From positions 85,498,001 through 85,562,000 of the forward strand of contig NC_067404.1 in NCBI RefSeq assembly GCF_016432865.1: 64,000 nucleotides of DNA, written 5' to 3'. A program made the position numbers and the translations under genes. The notes beneath the pieces were generated by a model. It searched no databases. It was not told where the DNA came from and saw only the letters and a list, made by a program, of their open reading frames with translations. The stretch is from Antechinus flavipes (taxonomy: Eukaryota). Positions 1-12,879 of the stretch are shown in pieces (position 1 is the stretch's first letter; each line of letters opens with the position of its first letter).

Positions 1-274
1 GCACCTTCCATGGCTCCCCGCTGCCAGCGGGGCACAATCCGAGCTCCCCATCGTGGTGTCTGAGTCGGCCCCTTCGGATGCCTTCGACTCCTGTGACGTC
101 CCCCCCCACTTGGGAGGCGCTACCCCTCAGTTCCGACCCGCTTCGCCGTCCGGCTCAAAGGCCACTCGTCCCGGACACGGCCCTCCTCCAAGCCTCCCGG
201 CCGCCCCCCAAAAGTGGCGTGGCTAGCGGAGTCCTGGAGAGCGGCGTGGAGGCAGGGGCGGGACTAACTCTTAC

Positions 275-370
275 CTGCTCTCGGTCGGCCTGCCTGGGGG
301 GAGTAGCTGCATGGAGAGGAACACCTGGGCAGGACAGCAATACTGGTGGAGGGTGGGAGACTCTGTGGAC
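275..370 (-). CDS. IQSEC2: IQSEC2 short-isoform 96-nt exon (STESPTLHQYCCPAQVFLSMQLLPPGRPTES)
   Basis: cttctctcag|G TCC ACA GAG...GAG AGC AG|gtaaga; matches human STASHTLHQYCCPTQVLDSMKLTPSGRLAES; phase 2/2. Downstream IQSEC2 exons lie left of the window. Confidence 0.88.
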
Positions 371-1898
371 CTGAGAGAAGACAGAGAAATATGGGGGAGA
401 GACAGAGGGGATATGGAGGGGGTGAAAGAAACCGAGAGGGAAGGAGACAGGGAGACACGGAGAAGAGAAAAAGAAAGGGGAGGGGGAAGGAACACGGCAG
501 AGGAGATGAAGGTGGAGGACAAGAGGAGGGAGGAGGGCAGGGTAACCAGAGGCAGGGGGAGAAGGGAAATGGCAGCAGCCAGGGCAGGGGGGCCAGGGCC
601 AGGGGCGGGGGGCAGGGCCCAGGCAGGGACTCGGGGCAGAGATGAGGGGGAGACAGCAGGAAGAGGCAGGGAGCAGGAGAAGGAGAAAAGACCGAGATGG
701 AGATGGCCGGAGACAGGGACGGGGAGCCCGAAGGGGAGCCCGAGCCAGAGACACAGAGATAGACAGGGAGACAGAAACAGACAGAGCCACAGCCAGAAGG
801 AGATAGAGATGGACAGAGAGGGAAGGGAGACAATACAGCACAGGGAGGGGGGATGACAATGTGATGAAAGGGCAACAGAGACAGAAAAGAATGGCAGGAG
901 AGGGGAAGAGAGGAGGGAAAAAGAAAACAGGAAGTCAGGAAGGGAGGACGGCACCAAAACCACAGACAGCCAACAGCAGCGGCAACAGCGAGGAGGGCGA
1001 CACCTGGGCTGGCACACACAGGGCAGGAGGTCTTTGGGGAGCACCTGAGTCCAGGCGGCAAGGGCTGATGGGAGTAAGGACTGGGCAGCAGGGGGCCCTC
1101 TGCGGCCACATGGGGCCCGGGACCACCATGGGGACAAGGAGGAAAGGGGGGGGAGCAGAGAAACCCACAGACCAGAGAAATGGACGCGAGACACAAAGAT
1201 GGAGGTAAGAGGGACAGGGGAGACCGAGACAGAAGCAGGAAACACGGTGGGAGCTGGCGGGAGAGGGGGAGATGTCGAGAGCCGACGAGAGGAAAGGTCT
1301 TGGGCTCGAGGACTATTCTCGGCTTCAGATGGAGAGGAGGTGGCCAGCTAGAGGGTATGGGCCCCTCCCCAGAAGGCCGTCTGTGGCTTGGACCCAGCCA
1401 GAGGCCAGGCCCAGGCAGAGCCTCCTGGGAGCTGCTCCTGTCTACTTCCAGCCTGTCTTGTTCTGAATCTGCCCCACTATTTACCCCACGGGTTGAAGGA
1501 GGAGAGCTCAGGGGAAGGGGGGAGGAGAAAGGTGAGAAGATAGACCCAGAGAAGAGGTGTGGGGGGCAGGGGCAGGGATGATAGAAGAGAGAGACAGTGA
1601 GGACAGACAGACAGGAGGGAGAAACACTGGGAGACAGAAAGCACACAGACTCCTGGGAGCCCCGGGGCATGGGGCTGGGGAGGGGCTGCTCTCCAACATA
1701 CCCACCCATCTTCTGTCCAGTCTGGGAACGGCGGAGCCAAGTGGAAGCTGAGAAATCATGTGATTCTCCTCTTTCCCATTCCACAGACAAGGAAACTGAG
1801 ACCCTGGGGCCCAGAAGCCTCCCAGCTGGAGAGAAGGGCCAAGTCAGACACAGGAAGAACAGACCCACTCGGTCTGGGGCACCAGGCATGGAACTTAC

Positions 1899-1921
1899 CT
1901 GCTTCCTGCAGGGGGCTCCAT
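1899..1921 (-). CDS. IQSEC2: IQSEC2 short-isoform first coding exon (MEPPAGS-R)
   Basis: ATG GAG CCC CCT GCA GGA AGC AG|gtaagt; resembles the human short-isoform start MEPPGRSSR; perfect donor. Confidence 0.8.
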
Positions 1922-4900
1922 GGGGCTCGGGCCCCAAAGCCAGATGGGGGGGGGGGGCGCCACCCTACTCTGGCAGGGCCAGGAAGGAGGAACCAGGACG
2001 CTAGAGGCAGAGGCTGAGGCTGGGCGGGGCCAAGGCCACGGAACAGGGCAGTGAGCCAGATGGGAACTGGAAAGTCTGCTCTGGCCTGCCTCCTTCTCCC
2101 TCTGGTTCTCTCAGCCCCTCGTTCCCGCTTAGACCTGTTGCGTCCTTCCTCCTCCCCCCCTCCCCCCACCGTGTCTCCTCTGCGGGCCAGGTTTAAGTGG
2201 CGCTGGGTCTCAGTTTCCTTCTCTGTACAAGAAACAGAAGCTGTCCTAGGTTCGCTCAAGTCCCAGGAGGAGGCCGACAGAATCCCACGATCCCCAGGCC
2301 CTTCCTTCGGCAGGGGAGGAGGGGAACGTGTCCCCACTGCATTCCCCTTCCTCTTCTGAGCCCTCATTCCCCACTGGAGAATCCCCAGTTGTGCAGCCTC
2401 CTGGGCTGAGAGGGGGCAGGATGGGGAAAGAGGAGCCTCAAGGCCTTTGGACTGGGGCTAGAGCTCACAGCAGCTGGCCCACAGCTGGGGAGAGGAAGAG
2501 GGTGCCGGCCTTCCAGTCAGCCCTCTGCCCTGCTCTCCCTTCCCATCTCTTGTCTCCCTCTTCCTCTCCAGCCCCTCAGGAGCACTCGGACGTGTCATGG
2601 GAGGCTCCTGCCCACCCTCCGCTGCCCACAGCTCCCAGACACTCACATGGAGTCTTCCCAGCCTCCTTCCCAATGGAAGGCAGCCCGGACCCTCCAGGAG
2701 GCTGCGAGATCTTGCCCAGCAATTCCCCGTTCCCTCCTGACTCAAAGCTTCGGCCTCACCTGCCCACCACGCAGCGCCGTGTGGCGTCACACTCCCCACC
2801 CCCGGCTCGTGTAGTAACCGGTCCGAGCCTTCCTCAGCCTCCTCAGCCTTGGCCGGCTTCGGGTCATCTAAGGCTCAGCAGACGGCCTGACCTGGACGTA
2901 TTTGACCTCTGCCACCTGGACGCCCTCCGCGAGGTCTTTCCCAACCTTCTCTTCCCTCCACAACTCTCCTTTGGTAATCCCAGCCTTCCCCAACACGCCC
3001 CAAGTCACCTCTACTTTTTCTGAAGTTAGGAGCTGGGTGGAAGAGGGGGTCGCTCTTTCCCCAGTCCTGGAAGCCATCGGACCACCCCCAGCCCATCCCA
3101 TGCAGCCGGAGACCCCGGGAGCTGACAGATGGACTGTCCCCTACCCCAACACTTTCAGAGCAATAGAGCAACTGCCATCCGCTGAGACCTCGTACCAAAT
3201 TCGTGAGGTTAGAATTTACCCTAAGATAGCTGTGGGCCCGGAATCAGGCAGGAAGACCCGAGGACATGTACAGCCTTGGGCATTTCCTAGCCGTGGAACC
3301 CCAGGCAAGTCACTTCCCTCATGCTACCTGCCTCAGTTTCCCCACCTGTAAAAAGCAGTTCATAACAACAGCCCCCTCCCGGGGCCACTGAGAGATATTT
3401 GCAACACACTTAGCAAAACTTAAGAGCACTAGAGACACGGTGACGACAACTACAGTGTGACGCTTGACGTCCATTCCTGGCACTGGGTTGTAAAAGGGAT
3501 GATGTTCCGAGCGCCTTTTGGAGCCTGGCTGTCATCCACCATCTTCATTATTTCTCCTCGCTTCTTATTGCCCAAAAACCTGAGAGGCAGACCCCGGGCA
3601 GGCCTTCCCGGAAGTCACGGACGCACAGAAACGTTCAGTGGTGGCTCAGGGCGAGCCGTGAGTCCCTGCGGCCCTCTCCCAGACCCCTCCTCCTTCAGGT
3701 TAAGGTCGTGTTCTAGGTGACTTTGGGAGGCACCATCACTGGAGCCATTCCAGACCCACATGGCCGACATCTCTCCATCCCGTCCCGTCTCCGAGAAGGG
3801 GAAGTAAGGTCTGAGCAGAGGCTCTGCCGAAATCCAGGCACCCTGTCTCCTGCGCTAAGTGCCCTCGTCCAAATAAGGAACGGGCTTAGTCGAGCCCGCT
3901 CTCGAGGGAGACTTTCTGAAATCACCAGCCCTTTCTCGACTGTCTCCTCTTTCGGGAATTTGCCCGTGAACCCAAAATCAGACTTCCCGGCCCGTTTGCC
4001 GGCACTCTCTCATCCCTCTTGAAAAGTGGCATTCTACCATTCACCAGTCTCGCGGGCACGCTCCCATTTCCCGTGATCTTTCCGACGGCCCTCCACGGGG
4101 CTCTGCAGTCCCACCTGCCGGTTCTCTCAAGCTCCAAGGGAGATGGGAGGCTGTCCACCGCTTTTGGACCGGGTGACCCGAATTCATTCGGGGCAACCTG
4201 GGCCCCTCCCTTCCTCCCCGGCATGCGAGCCACATTCCTCTTGGGGCTCGTCCGGGACAAAGATCGGTCGTCGTCCTCGACGGAAACCAGAGGCGGCTCT
4301 GGCCGCCCCTCCCTGTCTCTGGTGCCTGGGAATCATGGTCACATCCCTTCTTCCATTTTTGCCTTTCCCTCGAGATATCAGCCACAAACCCTCACCTTTT
4401 GGGTGGCCTTGGCTTCCCCGGCCATCGTCGGCTCACTGTTCTTGACTTTTCCAGTCTTCTTCTGAACTTGCGCTCTGGGCACTGGTGCCGCCGGCCTCCC
4501 GGACATCCCTCCTGCCACCTCCTGGCACCGGGTGTGCTCCCTGGCTGCCCCCTACAGCTCCAAGTCTCAGGTAAAATCCCCCCTTCTCCAGGGAGCTGTT
4601 CCTGGTCCCTTCCGGTGATTGCCTTGGACTCAGCCCAGACAGATTTCGGTCCCGCAGAACTGTTTGGAAGTCGGTTCCCCAGCTAACCTTTTTGCCTTTG
4701 TTTCCCTGGCGCTTAGCCCGGGCCCGGCACACCGCAGACGCTTAATAAACGCTCGATGACCAACGGGTTCTAAACTTTGGCTTTCCAGACTCCGAGTTTG
4801 CAGAGCCTTGCCATGCTTTGCTTGTCCTCCCGTTAGCCAGCCCGGCCTCTATCTTCTGCCTAGGTCTCTAAACTCCCGGCTGAGGAGCTCCCTGCACAGC

Positions 4901-6928
4901 TGTGTCGCCTTCTTTTTTTCCATCCAACTGGTGGCCCCTTGTGGCTTCGGGATTTCCTTCTGGAGAGCTGCCCCCTCCCACCTCAGGCTAACTTGCTATT
5001 TTACATTTTAAGTCCTTGGGATTCTCCCCACCTCTTCTCTGAAACCTTCAGGACTGCCTCTCTCCAAATCCCGGGTCTACCTCAGACCCCATGTTTCCTC
5101 TCCTTCTCTAGCATGCACTCTAGGGGACAAGGGCACTTCCCCTCAGGGTTCCCACCATTCCCTTCCCAGTAACCAGTTCCTTCCTTGGGTGAGAATCAAC
5201 TTTGATTTCTTGGAGTCTCACTTTGGTCACGTGCAAAGTGCGGACCAGGCCGCCGATGATCCAGAAGCCAAACTGAGGCTAAAGTGCTTTAGGACTCTCT
5301 TTTTTGCTGAAGGCTACTGGTCAGAAGAAGGGAAGCCACTCCTCCGACTCCAATGTTCCAGGCTCTCTTAGGCCCCGAGTCCCCTTGGATTAAGGTACTA
5401 TTGTGTGTTTGCAGACATTCAATCCTGAGCACAGGAGCCACACTCACCTGGAGCCACTTGGGGTGGGAGGGTGGGGGCACCAGACATAGCAGGATACCAA
5501 GCACAGGGACCCAGCCAGAACCGCCCCCGTCCTCACGGTGAGCCACAGCCGACGTCCAGAGACACAGACACCCGTCCTCACACTGGCTGGGCCTCCAGCG
5601 GGGACAGGGGTATTCCGGGTGTCTCTCTATCTCTGTCTCTCCCTGTCTCTCCCTCCCTCTCCCTTCCTCCCTCCCTCCAGCTGCATGGCTGACTCATCGC
5701 CAGAGCTACTAATTACAGCCATCAGAGACGCCAGGGATGGGTGGGGAGGGGAGGGGGAAATGCAGACGTAGCCTCCCAGCTTATTTTGGTAACTGCCTGA
5801 CCTGCCTCCCCTCACCCTGGGGTCACTCAGCCGCCCCCTGGGGCGGGGGGGGGGCGCCCGAGGAGCCTCAAAGGCAAGCTCGATTTCGCGGGGGAGGAGT
5901 GAGGCCAGGCCCGCAGGACTGCACCCCAACGTCGGGCGCCAGAGAAAGAAGTCAGGCAGCGGAAGGCCGAGGAGGAAACATGCAGAAGGGGAAGCTGGGC
6001 CTTCTCCCCCTCTCCCTGGCTCAGCATCAGCGACGGGAAGGAGGCCGAGGCTGGGAGAGACCACGGATGGGGAGACGGGGTACTTGGGAACTGCCTGCGC
6101 GTCCTCTCCTCCCAGGCTCAGGTCCCATGGACACCAGAAGCAGCCTTGGAGGCTGGAGCCTCAAGGCTCCCGGGGCTGCACAGCAGAGGCCCCGAGAGGC
6201 CGGCCAAGGTCCTGAGCGCTCCCCAAGTGGCCATCCAGGGCCCCGAGCGGCCATCCGAGGCCATGAGCCTTAAGGCTTGTGAGCCGTCCTTAAGGCTCTT
6301 TCTTCTGTTCCCTGGCTCTCCCCTTTTCCAAACTGTCATTGGGAAAAGGGTTAGGAGCATCCCCTTCCCCCGAGGATCTCTGGGGGGGGGGGCGCCAGGG
6401 AAGGGGAGGAAGCCTGGGGGGACGGCCCCCCGAGGCAGAACGGGGTCCCTTCTTTTCTCAGCCCCTGGTAGCTGAGGTTTCTCTTGACACCACATCTCTG
6501 TTGCCAAGGGAACCCTGCGCAGAAGTGTCAATATCCATACCCCCCAGCCCGCCACACAGGCACACGCACTCCCTCCCTCCTCCCCCAATCCCCTTAGCAA
6601 CCTCCGCTCACTGGTACCGCCCCCACTCCCCGTTTTCACACACTATGACCTTGGCCAAGAGGCCGGCCCCCCTCTGAGCGCTCCTGGTCTTAAAGCCGGA
6701 GGAACTTAAGGCTGAGAAGGGGACTTGCCTAAGGTCACATGACAAGGAGGGCAGAACCGGAGGTCCGAGGCCACCAAGGTCAGAGCCTGCGGGAAGATGA
6801 ACCTTCTCCCGGCCTCCCTGACAGCGGCCAGACACCCCCAAGCCCATCCTCCCGGATGTGGTGGCCAGCCATACCTCCCCCCCGACTCCCACATTCTCCC
6901 TCCCTTCCAAAAGGAAACAGGGACTGAC

Positions 6929-6958
6929 CTGACAGTTCGAGAGTTCTCCCCATCAGAC
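6929..6958 (-). CDS. IQSEC2: IQSEC2 30-nt exon 2 (K-SDGENSRTV-S/R)
   Basis: ttttgcag|GTCTGATGGGGAGAACTCTCGAACTGTCAG|gtcagt; encodes SDGENSRTV as in human IQSEC2; phase 2 to phase 2, compatible with exon 1. Confidence 0.93.
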
Positions 6959-8649
6959 CTGCAAAAGGGATTTGGGGTAGCAGGGAGGGGGGGGAGAAAA
7001 GCAGACAAGGAATTAGGGTTATACTGGGGGTGGAGAGCAGGCCCTCTCCCTGGGCACCCAGCCCCGCCTCAGTCACAGAGGCAGATCCCAGGCCCGGGCA
7101 GGCTAAGGGTCCCGCCAACGAGGCCAGGGCCCGCTCGGCAGCTCCTGCCCCGCACCTCTGGCCCCCGGGCCACCCTTTTTCCTGCCTGTCTCTCTCAAAC
7201 AAAGATCACCGCCTTCCCCAGCTGAGAAGGGACTTTCACTGACCCATTCTGGGAATGGAGAAACCAAGCCCCAAGTCTGAGGCAGCAGACTTTCCGAGGA
7301 AAGTCTGTCTTGTGAGCAAAGGGAGAGGAGAAGTCATCTTGGGGGAGAGGGGAGGGACCACGGGCCGCTAGAGCTTAGGGCCAGGGTCTCCTTCTGCCCT
7401 CTGTGCTCCTTGTGCTGAGGGAAACACAGATAAGAGATCCCCATCGAGCTGTTTTCGAAACCCACAAGAAGCTTGGAGATCATAGAGCCCAACTCCATCA
7501 TCCCCAGGGAGGGGTTGGGGGGTGGAGGCCCAGGCAGGGGAAAGGGGCTCAGATACGCTAATGTTTGTGAAGAAGGGTCCCGAGGGGAGACGTGATGCTC
7601 CAATGGCTGGCCCGAGGCCCCACGGGCCACTAGGACGGAGTGCTAGGAGCAGCCTGGGAGAGGAGGCCCGGAGGAACGGGGGCCGGGGGCTGAGGAGGGC
7701 TGCCGAGGGGAGGCCGCGGCAGCTGCCTCCGAGCCAATACCTGCAGTCAGGGAGAGGGCAGACAAAAGCCCCAGTCACTGAGCAGGAAGGCTGACTGCTT
7801 GCACTTGGGTCTGACCCCCCCCCCCCTCCCGAGGAGGATTTGACGGGAAAGGTCACTGGGTCCCAGCCCCCTCTCTGTGTCCTTCCCATCCAGTGGCCCA
7901 GTCCCAAGCCCCTTCTTCACCTCCCTGGGCCATCTTTCAAGCAAGAAACCACCCCCAGCCCTCCCTTCAGCCCATGGGCCTCCCTCCCCTACCACATGTG
8001 TCTGATTCTTCCAAAAGGAAGCCCCCACCCCATGGCGACCAAGGCAGACTGCAGGACTCGGGCCCACACTGCAAAGCGACACTCGGCGGACCGGAGCTCT
8101 GGCTGAGCCGGCATGGGAGTGCCGGCCGGGGGGATGGTGGCCAGTGGGGGCCCCCCCGCTTCCACTCTTCCCTCAGAAGATTAAGCAGAAGGATGAAGCC
8201 TCAGGCCTGAAGGGAAGAAAACTGGACGGGAGGAGGAGGAGGAAAGGAGCGCTCAGGGTGCACCGACTCCAGCCACCTCTCCATGGGAGGCTGAGCTGAC
8301 TGTGTGCAAACCGGCACACATCCCTGGACCTCTGCAGCCTCTGGCATCGCCGGGGAGGGACACCACCTCTCCAAATCCCAGGCCTCTCCCAGCCCCGCCC
8401 TGGCTCCCGCAGCCTTTGGGACCCATGAGGCCATTCTGGCTCCCTAAGTAGCTCTGGTCTACTTTGACCTTGGCAGCCACCCACAAGCCCGGTCCACTGC
8501 CACCCGGCACTGGACCTCTGCCCGCCTCGGGCAGTCCCACCAGCAGCGCCAGCCCTCCTCCCGAGGGCTCACACCTCAACGCCAGACTCGGTGCAGCCAC
8601 TTGATTGGGGGTTGGGAGAGGGAAGGGAATAAGCCCTTCGATCACTTAC

Positions 8650-8835
8650 CGTTGGCCAGGCCCTGTGCCAAGCGCTTCCCAAACACTACCTCACTGGGTC
8701 CTCCCCACACCCCTGGGCGATCGCTCGCTACTAGGACCGGCCCCATTTTACAGCTGGGGAAAACGAGGTGGACACAGGTGTGATTCGCTCAGGGCCTCAC
8801 AGCGGGTCTGGTTTGAACTCGGGGCTCCCTGAGGG
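8650..8835. mobile_element. MIR-like SINE fragment
   Basis: ccccattttacagctggggaaaacgagg...gtttgaactcggg resembles the MIR core. Similar fragments at ~3310-3420, 6690-6745, 10340-10400 and 17845-17940. Confidence 0.55.
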
Positions 8836-10228
8836 CTCTGTGCCCCATGATACCCCCTCGCTGCTTTAGCCCAACTATCGCTTGGAGCCCCTGGGCAGTC
8901 TCAGCCACCCCAGCAGCAGCCATCTGGCTGCCCGTGAAGAGCCTGGAGTTCCAACGTGGCAGGTGACTTTGCTGAGATGCCACGACCGGGGGTGGCACGG
9001 AGGCTGCAGCTCCGGCCATCCCGCAGCCTCGCCACCCCCGCCCGGGAATCCAGTCGCATCTCCTCCACCGGCCACCACCCCCCCCCCCCCGATTTAGAAT
9101 TGCAAACGAGGCCCCAAGACACGTGGAAAGCTCTGAGTTCTGTCTCTGCACGCTTGGGCCACGGCCAGCTCCTCCCCATCTCTCTCCCTGGCCCCCACTG
9201 AGGCGCAAACCGCCTCCTTCCTGGAACCTCCCGACTTGCCGCCTGCACACCAGCTTCCTTTCCTTGGCTTCCTTTCCGGAGGGAACAGACTTGCCTGCCA
9301 CTGAGGAAAATTATGTAACAGGAATAGTGCAGCAGGCCTGCAAGCTGCCCACGTGCACCTGGGAGGCCCAGCAGTGGGCTACCACGTGAAGTGGCCCGAC
9401 CGGGGGGAGGGGAGACAGCTCCCATTCACTCCTTGAGCCAGCCAGGAAGGGGAAAGAAGCCCAAGTCACCCACCCTAAGCCCCGCTCGCCCGATGCCCTT
9501 GGCCACGGCACTCTCCCTCTCGGGCTCCCACCTTCGCCATCTGTCAGAGGAAGGTGTCGAGGCGGTGAGACGTTTGCTAAGGCTTTTTCTGGCCCTGATG
9601 CTCTAACGCTCCAGCCCCCAATGGGCCCCAGCTCACTCTCCAGTCCCCCGAGGAGAAGCTACGAGGTCTCTCCCAACTCCGACGTTCTGAGCATCTCAGC
9701 CAAAAATAGCCCTGAAGTGAGCTAATCTTGGCTCTGATTCCCAGGAACCACCAGGGTCCCCCATTCCCGATCTAAGCAGCTTCTAGACTCTCTCTGGTGA
9801 ACCCCACACTCAGTGCTGGCAGCACGACTATATATTTTCTTATGGAGGACCTAGACTCCAAGACCAATGTGAGTTGCAGAGCTAGGAGAGCCTGCCGGCT
9901 CAGCCCCCTGCCCGTGTTGGGGATGGCGGGGCCAAGAAGAAGCTGGCACCTTCCCAGGGGGCGCGCGATGCCCCTGACTTTCCAGGAGCTCTGACTCCTC
10001 GAGGGGCCTGAGGAGAAGGGGAGGGAGTGCCAGGCAAGGGACTGCAAGGGCTCCCTTGGCTAGCCATTGCCTGTGATTTCTTCCTCTGGGAAATCGTGAT
10101 TTCTAAGCTTCCCTCTGCCTCTAAATCTCTAAGTCTGACATGCAATGGAGGGAGGGGGGGCCTCTGAGGTCTTCTTCCATCACTGGAGCTGAGCACGAGA
10201 AGCAGAATATGGACCCATTCCCCCACTG

Positions 10229-10230
<2 letters not shown>

Positions 10231-10267
<37 letters not shown>
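10231..10267. repeat. (CA)n microsatellite
   Basis: Uninterrupted cacaca run in IQSEC2 intron 1. Confidence 0.95.
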
Positions 10268-10272
<5 letters not shown>

Positions 10273-12681
10273 GCAACGTCGGCGGGGAACAGAACTGATG
10301 GAGAATTACCAAAGGCTACGGCTTAGAGCCGAAACTGGAGGAGCTTGCAGTTCTGTCCAATTCCTCCCCCCGTTTTGCAGATGAAGAAGCAAAGGAGCAA
10401 AAAGGGAAAGGGGCTAGCCCGAGCTCACTTCTGCCTCCTCTGCCACCCCAGAACTCTTCCCCCAGATGGCACATGTCAAGTGCTTGTGCTCAGACACTTC
10501 CGGTGGGCAGCCATTCTCAGCCAGCTCCACTCCAAGGAGCGGGAAGAGCCCTAAATTTGGCATCGAAGGCTCTGGGCTCAGATGGTTCTGCCCCTGATAC
10601 GACGGATCAGGCTATCGGTTGTTCAGCGAGCGCTCATTAAGCGCCTGCTGCGTTACAAGTTCCCTAGTGACTCTGCCCGATAGCCCTCTAGAAGGCCCTG
10701 CGATGGCTTCTCGGGACATTATTTGTTTACATATGAGACCGAGCTTTGCCCGAGCTCATGAAGCAAGGAGCGGCCAGAGCGTGGTCCCCAAGTTGAATGG
10801 CTGACCAACTGCCTCCCCGGCCAGGGGAGGCCCCTTCCATTCTACCACTCGCTCTCTCCTCTTTTCCAGGCCAAGTGTTCCCACTCACGCCACGGCTTCT
10901 GAAGAACCGCTTCCCAAATGTACTTTAGAAAACTCTGGCCTCTCTGGAAAAGGGACTAAGCTGTTCCTACCTTTCATGCGAGTGCCCTCACTGCTAGGCA
11001 GTGAGCCCAAGGAGGCCAGAAATCCGGGCTCTGTGCGCACCCAGATACCTGGAGGGGCTCTTCTGCGGTCACCGCAGAGAGGCGGGACGAAACACAGCAT
11101 GTGAACGGGAGCGAATGCCACGAGAAACGGCACGAGGGATTCTCGGAAAGGCCGGGAAGAGACCGTGGCGTCTTCATTGCCATCCTCACCGGCTACCTAA
11201 GACTGCTAGGGGCAGCACACCCAGGGGGCCTGGTCCGAGGCACACGGGACTCTGAGACGGTCCACGACGGAAACGAGAAGGCATGGGGAGCGAGCTTGGA
11301 TGAAGGGGCGAGGCATGAAGAACCGGGAGAACTCCCTGCTAATGGACTGGACTCTGGGAGAGTGGGCCTGTTTTTCCTTTTCTAAGAGAGGATGGAGGGG
11401 GGGTGATTATTGGGAAGTGGCTATGCAGTCAAAAGCAATATCTTAAGAAAACCTGAAAAAGGCAAAAGAAAAAGAAAGTGGCTTCCTCTACTTCTGAGGT
11501 GTAGCCCTCTGGCCAGGGATCGCCCAGTGCCGGGGAAGTGGAGCGGGGGGCTCTCCTGGCCTGGAAGCCCTGGGGCTGCCACTGGAGAGTGGCCTCTCAG
11601 ACTAGCCTTGGAATGGCGCCCAGGCCGTCCCGGGAGACCCGGGCCCTCCAACCCTGCTCTGGGGGGCCATGAGACACACCCGTACACAGGCCTCCCCGCC
11701 ATGGTTGAGTGGGGGCTCAAGGAAGCAGCGCAGGGTGAGATGACTAAAGGCCCCCCCCTGTCAGGCTGGCCGGCTAGAGGAAGGAGGAAGTCAAACAAAG
11801 CAGCTTCCCCAAGCTCAGAGCCCGAGAGAGCGGAGCCAAGGGAGCCGGGGCATCTCCAGAAAAGCTCCCCCCCCCCTTTTCTGATTTTAACCTCTGGGGG
11901 AAACCACCTCCCGGGGGGCACATCGACCCATGTCCGGCCGTTCCGCCAAGACATTCTGGTCTTGGCCAGGGATCTCTAAGCACCCACGTGAGCTCAGCTG
12001 CCATTAGCCTTCCTTTCCCTCGGCCTCCCAAAGGCAGAGGCAGAGAGAAAGCTGGGGATGGAGGCTTCAGGCCCCAGCATATCTTCCCCTCAGCTGCCCG
12101 CAGGCAAGCTGGAGAAGGCCCCCACCCCCAGCCAAAAAGGAGATCGGCAAAGAGGCCGGGAGGAGACGCATCTTTCTCCTGGGAGGAAGGAGACATCGGC
12201 TCCGAGGAGGAGGGGGCGGGGATGGCCGGCTTCCAAACCTCTGCCCGCCCCTCCCGCACTGCTCCCCGCCCCGCAGCTCCCAGGCCAGGATTCAGAGGGG
12301 CTCTGATCGCCAACTGAAAGGGCCCCGGGAGCTCCCGCGCTCCGATCTCCTCCTCCATTAATGGAAACTGAGTCTCAAAATGGGAAACCCGCTTGCAAAA
12401 GCCCACAGGCAGTCTCCCCACTGGGCTGACCGACCGGCCGCCTGAGCTCCGGCCGAGCCCTCGGGGGGCAAACCCGGCCTCTCCCTCTAGCAGGCTGCCG
12501 GGATGGTCGGGGGACCCGCACACACGCGGGCACACGCGCACGCCTGTGCCAGCCAGGGCCCAGGTTGGACGGGGTGGGGAGAGTCCCCACGTGCGCACAC
12601 AGGCCTCTCCCCCGCCCTCCCTTCCGCCCTGACCCACCCAGGAGCTCCTGCCCCCCGGCCTCACTCCCCTGCCTGCCTTAC

Positions 12682-12846
12682 TTTCTCCGAAGGGTCGTAG
12701 CCGGGCTGGTGCTTCCGCTGGTGCTGTGGCCCCCGCCCGCCCCCGGACTGGAGCTTCTGGAGGCCCCCCGGCTCATCTGGCCCCGGGGTGGCTGCGGGGG
12801 CTGTGGCTGCGGCGGCACTTGGGGGGGCTGCTGCGGCGCCTGGGGG

Positions 12847-12879
<33 letters not shown>

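Noticed and set aside
155-1937. Long ORFs 264-1937 (557 aa), 271-1245 and 155-859
   Set aside because: Low-complexity S/P/L/C translations of a GA/TC-skewed intron; only the last 32 codons of 271-1245 are a real exon.
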